From a bacterium (lineage in GTDB: Bacteria; JAMCPX01): 34,037 bases of DNA. Below the pieces are notes generated by a model that saw only the letters and a program-made list of their open reading frames with translations, had not been told where the DNA came from and did not search any database. The stretch lies in contig JAJYJX010000002.1 of the NCBI GenBank assembly GCA_021789095.1, positions 1 through 34,037 on the forward strand, given 5' to 3'. Below are positions 25,967 through 34,037 of the stretch, one piece after another (within the stretch, counting starts at the first letter, position 1; every line of letters starts with the position of its first letter). The position numbers and the translations under genes were made by a program.

Positions 25967-26932
25967 TTGTCAAAGATATTATTAATGTTACGGAGTTTAT
26001 TAATCATTGATGATTCTACCAGGGCCAGAAATGAGATAAAGTCTGTACTTGCAACTACAGGACTGTTCAGCATGTTCTACGAGGCTCCTGACGGCATATC
26101 AGGTTTCAAAGAGATGATTTCAAATCCACCTGATATGGTAATATGTAATGTGTTTATGCAGGACCCCAACGGTTTAAAGTTTCTTAAGCTGAAAAAGTCC
26201 CGCCATGAATTTGACAGCATACCCGTCCTTGTCGTTGCAAACAAGAATGACCTGAAAAAGAAACTGCATGTGCTTGAAGAAGGCGCACATGACTATGTTA
26301 CAAAGCCCTTTACACCCATCGAGCTTGTAACAAGCGTTAAATCGCACCTCAGAATAAAGGTCCTTCATGATGAACTTGTTGCAGCGAACAAGAAACTTCA
26401 GATGCTCGAGATGCTTTCAAACATTGACCCGCTGACAGGCCTGTACAACAGGCGGTTTTTCCTGCATACGCTCGAGAGGGAATTTGAAAGGGTAAACCGG
26501 TATAGCAGGCCATTATCCATGCTGATGCTTGACATGGATCACTTCAAATACATCAATGACAGATGCGGACATCCTTCCGGTGACAAGGTCTTAAACATCG
26601 TTGCCGGAATACTCAACACGGGCCTCAGGAAAATGGATGTCTGCGCAAGGTACGGCGGGGACGAGTTTATAATAATGCTTCCTGAAACAAACAGTCATGG
26701 AGCAATGGCTGTTGCAGAACGGTACATGAAGAAGATGCGGCAGCAGGCTTTTGCCTCTCTGTGCGACAAGTTGGATAAAACAACATGTTCAATCGGCATA
26801 TCGTGCATACCTGCATCCCCTATAAAAAATGTGGATGACTTTTTAAAGTCTGTTGACGATGCACTTTACATAGCAAAGAACTCGGGAAGAAACAGGATCT
26901 CGGTCTATAGCAGCCAGTCACACAATATGTAA
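25967..26932 (+). CDS. response-regulator receiver domain plus GGDEF diguanylate cyclase
   Basis: 321-aa ORF. REC-like N-terminus (LLIIDDS...YVTKPF), coiled linker, then GGDEF domain (DPLTGLYNRR, RYGGDEFII, I-site RKMD). The probable true start is ATG 25985 (MLRSLLIIDD) rather than TTG 25967. Confidence 0.9.
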   Translation: MSKILLMLRSLLIIDDSTRARNEIKSVLATTGLFSMFYEAPDGISGFKEMISNPPDMVICNVFMQDPNGLKFLKLKKSRHEFDSIPVLVVANKNDLKKKLHVLEEGAHDYVTKPFTPIELVTSVKSHLRIKVLHDELVAANKKLQMLEMLSNIDPLTGLYNRRFFLHTLEREFERVNRYSRPLSMLMLDMDHFKYINDRCGHPSGDKVLNIVAGILNTGLRKMDVCARYGGDEFIIMLPETNSHGAMAVAERYMKKMRQQAFASLCDKLDKTTCSIGISCIPASPIKNVDDFLKSVDDALYIAKNSGRNRISVYSSQSHNM

Positions 26933-26939
26933 CAAAAAT

Positions 26940-28577
26940 TTAAAAAATCGCCGGGTCCCTGTACTCCCCGAACACGCTTCTCATTACATCCATGATCTCG
27001 CCTATGGACGCGTATGCCTCAACAGCTTCAAGGACAAAAGGCATAAGATTGTTTTTACCGTTTGCGGCGTCCTGTAACCTTTCCAGCGTGTCTCTGACCT
27101 TCACATTGTCCCTGCCCGATTTTATCCTGCCTGTTCTTTCCTTCTGCTTCTGCTCGACCTCGGGCGGGATAACGAGTATAGGTATGTCTCCTTTTTCTTC
27201 CATCCTGTATTTGTTCACACCCACTACAACCTTCTGCATACCGTCTATCTGCCTCTGATATCGGTAAGCCGCATCCGCTATCTCCATCTGCGGATAACCC
27301 TGTTCTATGGCTGGTATCATCCCGCCCATCTGATCTATCTTGTTTATGTAGTACCATGCATCCTGCTCGATCTCGTCTGTGAGTTTTTCTATAAAATATG
27401 CACCGCCGATCGGATCGATAATATTTGCAACACCGCTTTCCTCCGCGATGATCTGCTGTGTACGCAGCGCAACGGTAACAGCCTGCTCCGTGGGAAGTGC
27501 AAGTGTTTCATCCATGGAGTTTGTGTGGAGCGACTGTGTACCGCCGAGCACTGCTGCAAGCGCCTGCAATGCAACGCGTACAATGTTGTTCATGGGCTGC
27601 TGTGCAACGAGGCTGCAGCCTGCTGTCTGTGTGTGGAACCTCAGCCTCAATGATTCCGCCTTTTTTGCATTGAACCTTCCCTTCATGATCCTTGACCACA
27701 TCCTTCTGGCTGCGCGGAACTTGGCTATCTCTTCAAAAAAATCTATATGTGCATCAAAAAAGAATGAAAGCCTTGGAGCAAAATCATCAACATCGAGCCC
27801 GCGCTCTATGCCCGCCCTGATATACGCTATGCCGTCTGCCAGGGTGAATGCCAGCTCCTGCACAGCAGTTGAGCCTGCCTCCCGTATATGGTATCCGCTT
27901 ATACTTATAGTGTTCCATTTCGGAACATGCTTTGAGCAGTATTCGAATATATCCGTAATGATGCGCATGGAAGGCCCGGGAGGGTATATCCATGATTTCT
28001 GCGCTATGTATTCCTTCAGTATGTCATTCTGGATCGTTCCGCTTATCAGCTTTGGACTCACGCCCTGCTTTCTGGCAACTGCTATATACATTGCAAGCAG
28101 GACTATTGCAGGTGCGTTTATGGTCATGGATGTTGTTATTCTGTCAAGAGGTATGCCGTCAAAAATGACCTCCATATCTTTCAATGTGTCTACGGCAACA
28201 CCGCACTTGCCCACCTCTCCGGCTGCTCTGGGGTGATCGGAATCGTAACCCATTATCGTCGGCATGTGGAATGCAACCGAAAGCCCTGTCTGCCCGTGCG
28301 CTAGGAGATACTTGTAACGCCTGTTTGTTTCCTCCGCAGTGCCGAAGCCTGAGAACTGGCGTATGGTCCATAGCCTTCCCCTGTACATATTCTCATACAC
28401 ACCCCTGGTGTACGGATATCCTCCGGGCAGGCCCAGTTTCATATTATAGTCAAAGCCTTCAAGATCCTGATCCGTGTACAGGGGATCCAGTTCTTTGTCA
28501 GATATCGTTGAATATCTCTTGAGCCTGTTTCCTGAGAATTTTCCCTTGTTGTTTATCGTGTTATTTTTCGATCCCAT
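26940..28577 (-). CDS. methylmalonyl-CoA mutase family protein, catalytic (large) subunit without B12-binding domain
   Basis: 545-aa ORF: [35 protein letters not shown] and TQTAG are typical of the acyl-CoA mutase TIM-barrel. There is no C-terminal DxHxxG cobalamin domain. Confidence 0.9.
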   Translation of the reverse strand: MGSKNNTINNKGKFSGNRLKRYSTISDKELDPLYTDQDLEGFDYNMKLGLPGGYPYTRGVYENMYRGRLWTIRQFSGFGTAEETNRRYKYLLAHGQTGLSVAFHMPTIMGYDSDHPRAAGEVGKCGVAVDTLKDMEVIFDGIPLDRITTSMTINAPAIVLLAMYIAVARKQGVSPKLISGTIQNDILKEYIAQKSWIYPPGPSMRIITDIFEYCSKHVPKWNTISISGYHIREAGSTAVQELAFTLADGIAYIRAGIERGLDVDDFAPRLSFFFDAHIDFFEEIAKFRAARRMWSRIMKGRFNAKKAESLRLRFHTQTAGCSLVAQQPMNNIVRVALQALAAVLGGTQSLHTNSMDETLALPTEQAVTVALRTQQIIAEESGVANIIDPIGGAYFIEKLTDEIEQDAWYYINKIDQMGGMIPAIEQGYPQMEIADAAYRYQRQIDGMQKVVVGVNKYRMEEKGDIPILVIPPEVEQKQKERTGRIKSGRDNVKVRDTLERLQDAANGKNNLMPFVLEAVEAYASIGEIMDVMRSVFGEYRDPAIF

Positions 28578-29106
28578 CCCTTGCCTGCACTCCTTTGTGA
28601 TAATAATGCTTGATCTCCCTCATCTCTGTAACAAGGTCCGCCCGGTCGATGATCTCCTGTTTTGCATACCTGCCTGTAATGATGAGCTCTACATCGGGAG
28701 GTTTGTGCGATATGAGTTCAAGGGCGTCTTTTAGTGGGATAAGACCGAAGTCTATGGCAACATTGAGTTCATCGAGTATGACAATATTATACTTCCTGCC
28801 CGTAAGCGCCTGCTGTGCGGTTTTCAAACCCTTGCGCGCCATCTTTATGTCCTGTTCCGACGGACTACCCCTTTTTATGAAATGCGGTCCCCCCGCCTGC
28901 ACAATCTTCAGGTACGGCGAGAGCATTTTCTGCGCTTTCAACTCACCGTAATCTATCTTGCCCTTCATGAACTGTATTATGATGCTCTTGTATCCATGCC
29001 CTGCCGCACGTAACGCAAGGCCAAGTGAGGCGGTCGTTTTTCCCTTGCCGTTACCTGTATAAACCTGAATGAATCCGGGTCCTTTCGTATCTTTCTTGTT
29101 CATCAA
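28561..29106 (-). CDS. cobO: cob(I)yrinic acid a,c-diamide / cob(I)alamin adenosyltransferase (CobA/CobO/BtuR type)
   Basis: 181-aa ORF: [14 protein letters not shown]-loop, ILDE, ITGR. The likely start is ATG 29103, sharing one base with the pepA stop (TGATG). The 3' end overlaps the mutase start by 17 nt. Confidence 0.9.
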   Translation of the reverse strand: MMNKKDTKGPGFIQVYTGNGKGKTTASLGLALRAAGHGYKSIIIQFMKGKIDYGELKAQKMLSPYLKIVQAGGPHFIKRGSPSEQDIKMARKGLKTAQQALTGRKYNIVILDELNVAIDFGLIPLKDALELISHKPPDVELIITGRYAKQEIIDRADLVTEMREIKHYYHKGVQARDGIEK

Positions 29107-30560
29107 AGTCCTTCAAAAAATTGCACAAGCAGCCGTATGCCGGCACCTGTGGCGCCCCTTTTGAAATAGGGCTTTGGCTTTTCGAGATATGCCGTACCGG
29201 CAATATCAATGTGCGCCCAGTTTGCATCTCCGATAAATTCTTTTAAAAATATACCTCCCTGTATAGTGCCTGCCCAGCGCGAGCCTGCGTTCTTGATATC
29301 GGCAACCTCGCTCTTCAGCAGGTCTTTGTAATCATCCCACATGGGCAGTTCCCACAGTCTGTCCCCGCTTTCCTCACCTGCCTTTATAAGTGCTTTCACC
29401 AGCTTGTCATCGCTGCCCATAATGCCGCTTGCCTCGGTCCCAAGAGCAACCACACATGCACCTGTCAGCGTGGCGAGGTCTATAATGGCCTTAGGCCTGT
29501 ATGTTTTGACAGCATAGTTGAGTGCATCTGCGAGGATCATCCTGCCCTCAGCATCCGTCGATATAATTTCCACGGTCTTGCCTGACAGCGTTTTTACGAC
29601 GTCGCCCGGCTTCTGTGCCCTGCCACCCGGCATGTTCTCCGTAAGCGGCATAACGGCAACAATGTTGAGAGGCAGCCGGAGCCTGGCCGCAAGTATGGTA
29701 GTCATTGCAACCGCAGCAGCTCCGCACATGTCAAACTTCATGTCTTCCATACCGCTGCTCGGCTTTATGGAGATACCTCCGCTGTCAAAGGTGATGCCTT
29801 TGCCTACAAGTGCGTACCATCCGGTTTTTTTTGAACCCTTATATTCAAGTATGACGACCTTCGGGGGTTCAGCACTGCCTTGTGCAACGCCCAGGAATGC
29901 TCCCCACCCCATCTTCTGAAGCACAGGCCTGTCAAGCACCTTTACCCGTACACCCTGTTTTTTTGCTTCTGCACTCACCTCTTTTGTAAACACGGTCGGT
30001 GTCATGAGATTGCTCGGTGCATCGGCAAGCCCGCGGGCTTCATTGACCGCATCTGCAACCATACGGGCACGATCCATGACTTTTCCCGATACCTTTTTCC
30101 TGTCAAAGCTGTAAACGGAGATCACCGGCCCCGGTCCTTTACCGGCCTTCTTGTCATCGGATGATGTTTTGAGGTCATCGTAGCTGTACCTTGCCAGTAC
30201 AATGCCTTCGGTCAGGGCGCAGGCGGCGTCATCCGTTGAGATGTTTCCGGACGGCATCACCACAACGACCCTGTTCGCATGCACGGCCTCCGCATCCTTT
30301 GCTGCACCCGCGCCGATCCTCCTGTACGATTCCGTGGTTACCCTTTTTTTATCTTCGAGTTTTAAAAATGAATACCATGTTCCGTCCTGGCTTAAAAACC
30401 GCAGTCCGTTTTTCGCTTCTTTAAGCTGCGATTCAACATGCTTTACAATGCCGGGAGGTAAAGATTTTAGCACAATCTTTATGTTATCTTTAAAATACCC
30501 GTAAATCTTCAGTTCTGCTTTTACCTTATTATAGTCTCCTTCACCGGAAAGGATCTTCAC
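29103..30560 (-). CDS. pepA: leucyl aminopeptidase (M17)
   Basis: 485-aa ORF: VGKGITFDSGGISIKP, DMCGAAAV, STDAEGRMILADAL. Confidence 0.95.
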   Translation of the reverse strand: MKILSGEGDYNKVKAELKIYGYFKDNIKIVLKSLPPGIVKHVESQLKEAKNGLRFLSQDGTWYSFLKLEDKKRVTTESYRRIGAGAAKDAEAVHANRVVVVMPSGNISTDDAACALTEGIVLARYSYDDLKTSSDDKKAGKGPGPVISVYSFDRKKVSGKVMDRARMVADAVNEARGLADAPSNLMTPTVFTKEVSAEAKKQGVRVKVLDRPVLQKMGWGAFLGVAQGSAEPPKVVILEYKGSKKTGWYALVGKGITFDSGGISIKPSSGMEDMKFDMCGAAAVAMTTILAARLRLPLNIVAVMPLTENMPGGRAQKPGDVVKTLSGKTVEIISTDAEGRMILADALNYAVKTYRPKAIIDLATLTGACVVALGTEASGIMGSDDKLVKALIKAGEESGDRLWELPMWDDYKDLLKSEVADIKNAGSRWAGTIQGGIFLKEFIGDANWAHIDIAGTAYLEKPKPYFKRGATGAGIRLLVQFFEGL

Positions 30561-30584
30561 CTTTGTTTTCCTCCTTTAATAGAT

Positions 30585-30809
30585 CTATGTGTCCTTGTAA
30601 AATGACGGATCAACATACCTGGGTTGTATGTTTGACGATGCACCGGGCTCGCTTATCCTGCTGATGGACGACATCATAATCTCGAGCCAGCCCGAAGCCG
30701 AGAGCAGGCTGATCGCCCTCTCGGAGGCGTCTCGCAGGACGCCGCGGTACACAATGCCGTTCGCAACGACCTCGACTTCTTTTCCTATAAGCTCTCTTAA
30801 TTGTTTCAT
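30585..30809 (-). CDS. hypothetical small protein (possibly Sm-like/small beta-barrel)
   Basis: 74-aa ORF between the AKR gene and pepA, same strand. The LIGKEVEVVANGIVYRGVL pattern is reminiscent of Sm-fold strands. Assignment is weak. Confidence 0.4.
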   Translation of the reverse strand: MKQLRELIGKEVEVVANGIVYRGVLRDASERAISLLSASGWLEIMMSSISRISEPGASSNIQPRYVDPSFYKDT

Positions 30810-30872
30810 ATGCTCCTCCGGATACCTCCGGCCATCCTGTCCACTATGAACAACCTGCGCGCCAAATGCAAG

Positions 30873-31889
30873 TTATGCCTTCGGGAGCCGGTCCTGTGCC
30901 TGCGTGTGGATCATCCAGTTCGGGTACTGGAGCCGCGGTGCCGTGATGTCTTCAAGCTTTTTCATGTAATCCTCGCTGATCTTAACATCTACCGATCCGA
31001 GGTTGTCCTTCAGCTGCTCCATATTTCTTGCGCCGAGTATGACAGACGTTACATACGGCTTTGTAAGGAGCCATGCGAGGGAGATCTGGGAGGGCGAGGA
31101 TTTCATCTTTGCCGACATCTCTTTTAGTACATCGACGACTTTGAACCCCACTTCCTTTTCAAAGAACGGGAACCATACTCCCCTGTCCCCTATGCGCGTG
31201 CCCGCAGGCGGCTGTTCATCCTTTTTGTACTTGCCGCTGAGGAACCCTCCTGAAAGCGGGCTCCACGGCAGTATGCCTATGCCCTTCTCCTGACATAACG
31301 GCACGATCTCGTATTCGATGTCCCTGCACAAAAGGCTGTAGTGCACCTGCGCCGTTTCAAACCGTGCAAGCGACAGCTTTTCGGATATACCCATGCTCAG
31401 CGCTGCCTGCCATGCCGCATAGTTCGAAAACCCGATGTACCTGACCTTGCCCGATCTGACGACATCATTCAGGCTAATCATGGTCTCCTCGAGCGGCGTC
31501 AGCGAGTCCCAGCCGTGCACCTGGTACAGATCGATGTAGTCCGTCCCCAGCCTTTTGAGGCTCCTGTCGACCGCATCGAAGATGTGCTTCCTGCTGAGCC
31601 CTGCATCGTTGTGTCCCTTGCCTGTCCTGCCCCTTACCTTCGTGGCTATGATAACATCCTGTCTCTTCGATCCAAGTGCCTTGCCCAGCATCTCTTCTGA
31701 CTGGCCTGCGCTGTATACATCCGCTGTGTCAAAGAAGTTAATACCATTGTAAATTGCTGTATTTACCATCTCGTCAGCTAGCTTCTGGTCAACACCGCCA
31801 AGTTTCCACTGGCTCTGCCCGAACGTCATAGTGCCGAAACAAAGCCTTGAAACTATAACACCTGTACTGCCCAATTTTGTGTATTCCAT
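30873..31889 (-). CDS. aldo/keto reductase
   Basis: 338-aa ORF: LCFGTMTFG, FFDTADVYS, IATKV, YQVHGWD, and the C-terminal VILGARNMEQL. Confidence 0.9.
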   Translation of the reverse strand: MEYTKLGSTGVIVSRLCFGTMTFGQSQWKLGGVDQKLADEMVNTAIYNGINFFDTADVYSAGQSEEMLGKALGSKRQDVIIATKVRGRTGKGHNDAGLSRKHIFDAVDRSLKRLGTDYIDLYQVHGWDSLTPLEETMISLNDVVRSGKVRYIGFSNYAAWQAALSMGISEKLSLARFETAQVHYSLLCRDIEYEIVPLCQEKGIGILPWSPLSGGFLSGKYKKDEQPPAGTRIGDRGVWFPFFEKEVGFKVVDVLKEMSAKMKSSPSQISLAWLLTKPYVTSVILGARNMEQLKDNLGSVDVKISEDYMKKLEDITAPRLQYPNWMIHTQAQDRLPKA

Positions 31890-31964
31890 ATTAACCTCCT
31901 TTCTTATACTAAGATAAATATAGTAAAACGGAATGCAATAGGCAATGGATTGAAAAAATAAAGA

Positions 31965-32658
31965 TTAGCGCTTGTGTTTGAAGGACGGTGGTATTGCAGA
32001 TCTGTATGCTTTGCCCCTGAGGAGCCTTGCCAGGGTAAGTGACGATTTCCCGAACCGCTTGTTTATGTTGTCCATTGTCATAAAAGCCCGCCGTAATTTG
32101 TTTTCCGACCGGAACAACGACCCGGTCGTAAACCTTGTAAGACCCGATACCGACACGCCGACAATCCTGACAGGCATTTTAAATCTGCGGTCTGAAAACA
32201 GCGTCAGAGCAGTCTCGGTCAAGCGTCATGCTGTTGCCGATGGAGCGGGCAAGCCCCAGCTCACGTCGTATACGCGGCTTGATCTTTTCCGCGATAGTAA
32301 GCGGATCTCCCATAAGATCACGTGAACCTGTTACATCCATGAATGCCTCGTCAATGGAATAGGCCTCGACAAGCGGAGTAAAATCATACAGGATCTTCAA
32401 GAAGGCATGCGAGTACTTTATGTATTCTTCGATATGAGCGTTCGTAAATATGATACCGGCGTATCGCTTTTTTGCCTCTCCTACTGTCATGCCCGTCTTA
32501 ACGCCGTATTTTCTCGCTTCATAGGACGGAGAAAGGACAACCGTCCTCTTGCCTGTACCTATAACAGCGATAGGCTTGCCTGCCAGGGACGGATTAAAGA
32601 TCTTCTCGACAGACGCGAAGTACGCGTCCATATCAACATGGAGTATGTCTTTGTCCAT
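31965..32658 (-). pseudogene. dinB: DNA polymerase IV (dinB) remnant: internal deletions plus a frameshift
   Basis: ORF 32179-32658 encodes the Y-family palm N-terminus (ILHVDMDAYFASVE...SIDEAFMDVT...GLARSIG) and then stops. ORF 31965-32222, in another frame, encodes only the extreme C-terminus (VRIVGVSVSGL...MDNINKRFG). The two total about 230 aa against about 350-400 aa for intact DinB, so the thumb and most of the little finger are missing. Confidence 0.65.
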
Positions 32659-32908
32659 ACTTTCATTCTATAGCATAAACCAGAAAAGGAAAAGAATGGC
32701 GATGTTTACGTCCCTTCGTCAGGAAAGCGTGCTTCGCGGATGATCTGTTTCACCCTTTCCAGATCCTCTTCCCTGACCATAAGGCGCACACCGATTGCAG
32801 CCGGGAAAACCCTGCCTATAGTATTGTCGGCGAGAAAGCTCTCTATGCTTTCCGCTGTTCGATAATTTTAATAGGTTATAAGGGACAATTGTACTTATTT
32901 TCTATAGA

Positions 32909-33844
32909 TTACTTTGAGGCCTTCTTTGCTCTGGCCCCATACTTTTCCTGCTTCTCACGTACAGATGTCTTGGGTTCATTCTCTCGTGCGGGATATATGA
33001 ATTCAAGGTTTGCTGACGAGAACATATCATCGTTCTCCTTTCGCAAGCGATCCTCGGTCATTTTGCAGTATTCAGGGTCAACTTCGATCCCAACGCTGTT
33101 CCTTACAGCCTTCATAGCAGCAACCATAGTCGTCCCTGTTCCGCAGAAGGGATCAACAACCGTATCACCAATAAAGGAAAACATCCTGACAAGCCTATAC
33201 GCCAGCTCCAACGGGAAAGGAGCAGGGTGCTCTCTGGTTGATGCTCCGGTAATATTCCAAAATTGCTGAAACCACTTATTGTACTCCTCCTTGGAAATCA
33301 TGCTGAACTTGCGTTGATGCTCCGTCGGTTGACGGTAGCCTCCCGGCTTCCGCTGCATCAGAATGAATTCAATATCATTTTTTATGATAGCATTTGGCTC
33401 ATATGGCTTCCCAAGAAACTTTGATCCATTGTTTACTTCGTAACTGGCATTGGCGATTTTGTGCCAGATAATCGGGTTAAGGTTGTCAAACCCGATCTTG
33501 CGACAGGCGACTGCAATGTCTGAGTGCAACGGCAAAACGACGTGTCTCCCGTAATGTTTTCTCGATAAACAAACGTCGCCAACAACACAAACTAATCGGC
33601 CCCCGGGGACCAGGATGCGATACATTTCCTTCCAGACTTTGGCCAACTCACCTACAAATTCCTCATAATCGGCCACGTGTCCAAGTTGATTCGGGTTCTC
33701 ATTGTACCGCTTGAGCGTCCAGTAAGGGGGAGAGGTAACAATAAGATGGACGGATTCATTCTCCAAAAATGGAACATCCCTCGCATCACCCTGTATCAGG
33801 CGGTGCGTCGTAACTTCCTGCTGGCCGGTCTCTTTTGTTGTCAT
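32909..33844 (-). CDS. site-specific DNA methyltransferase, beta class (N4-cytosine or N6-adenine; SPPY motif)
   Basis: 311-aa ORF. Motif IV IVTSPPYW is near the N-terminus, and motif I VVDPFCGTGTT preceded by HPAPFPLEL is near the C-terminus. This is the beta-class order of the N6_N4_Mtase family. Confidence 0.9.
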   Translation of the reverse strand: MTTKETGQQEVTTHRLIQGDARDVPFLENESVHLIVTSPPYWTLKRYNENPNQLGHVADYEEFVGELAKVWKEMYRILVPGGRLVCVVGDVCLSRKHYGRHVVLPLHSDIAVACRKIGFDNLNPIIWHKIANASYEVNNGSKFLGKPYEPNAIIKNDIEFILMQRKPGGYRQPTEHQRKFSMISKEEYNKWFQQFWNITGASTREHPAPFPLELAYRLVRMFSFIGDTVVDPFCGTGTTMVAAMKAVRNSVGIEVDPEYCKMTEDRLRKENDDMFSSANLEFIYPARENEPKTSVREKQEKYGARAKKASK

Positions 33845-34037
33845 TGTTTTTTTGATACTCCGAATGCCGTCACCTGAGCAACAAGTGACCTGGCGAAGAT
33901 CCCGAATGTAAGGTCCTCCGCCGGTTCTGAATATTGACCCCGGAGCCCGCCTTTTCTCTCAGACATCAGGAAAGCAGCAACATTATAGTAACGTTCACGC
34001 ACAAGCTTCCGGCAGAACAATTCATAGCGCTTAGAAT
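33841..34037 (-). CDS. unidentified ORF, C-terminal 65 codons only (5' end outside window), translationally coupled to the methyltransferase
   Basis: The minus-strand frame is open from the window edge: SKRYELFCRKLVRERYYNVAAFLMSERKGGLRGQYSEPAEDLTFGIFARSLVAQVTAFGVSKKQ*. Its TGA overlaps the methyltransferase ATG (ATGA). No motif recognised. Confidence 0.4.
   Translation of the reverse strand, partial: SKRYELFCRKLVRERYYNVAAFLMSERKGGLRGQYSEPAEDLTFGIFARSLVAQVTAFGVSKKQ

Noticed and set aside
25948-25985. TTGACA at 25948-25953 as a defined promoter for the GGDEF gene.
   Set aside because: No convincing -10 hexamer lies at 16-18 nt spacing; the candidates are at 19-21 nt. The predicted transcription start would also fall at or inside the alternative start codons, so it is left as a possibility only.
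29107-30872. Cobalamin riboswitch controlling the cobO-mutase genes.
   Set aside because: There is no intergenic space: the genes overlap pepA and each other. The short gaps at 30561-30584 and 30810-30872 show no B12-box-like sequence.

Overview
This 34-kb bacterial chromosomal window has moderate GC and heavy use of AGR-Arg and ATA-Ile codons. The lineage cannot be assigned without a database search. It is mostly core housekeeping genes in tight operons.

Gene order:
- 1-5089: the tail of a polysaccharide-type cluster (partial GT2 glycosyltransferase, SAM methyltransferase), a stand-alone PilZ protein, and a very large penicillin-acylase-family lipoprotein.
- 5358-12126 (+): the conserved rpsB-tsf-pyrH-frr block, then an M20 amidohydrolase, a small ferredoxin, tyrS and two tandem rubrerythrin-like diiron proteins.
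- 12155-16531 (-): a cell-envelope operon of tRNA-Arg(CCT), a 177-aa unknown protein, a TPR lipoprotein, a RodZ-like protein and an Slt-type lytic transglycosylase.
- 16696-17661 (-): a BtrH-like cysteine-peptidase-fold protein.
- 17768-22520 (-): a tightly coupled block of CinA-like, SCP2, Fe-alcohol dehydrogenase, SCP2, hotdog thioesterase and pgi.
- 22607-25777: tRNA-Phe, then a ROK glucokinase-tkt pair on the minus strand.
- 25967-26932 (+): a receiver-GGDEF diguanylate cyclase.
- 26940-31889 (-): aldo/keto reductase, a 74-aa unknown, pepA, cobO and the methylmalonyl-CoA mutase catalytic subunit.
- 31965-34037: the only accessory-looking segment. It holds an eroded dinB pseudogene, a start-less gene remnant, a beta-class SPPY DNA methyltransferase, and an unidentified upstream ORF that is translationally coupled to the methyltransferase and runs off the window.

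I found no CRISPR array, transposase, integrase, prophage or recognisable multi-gene defence island. I cannot honestly claim a clearly novel system here.

The points most worth a second look:
- an M20 gene with no canonical start codon, abutting the frr stop;
- a receiver domain that appears non-phosphorylatable on an otherwise intact GGDEF enzyme;
- a family of GTCATT...AATC hairpin repeats and a structured leader around rpsB;
- the SCP2/ADH/SCP2/thioesterase module;
- the decayed neighbourhood of the methyltransferase at the window edge.
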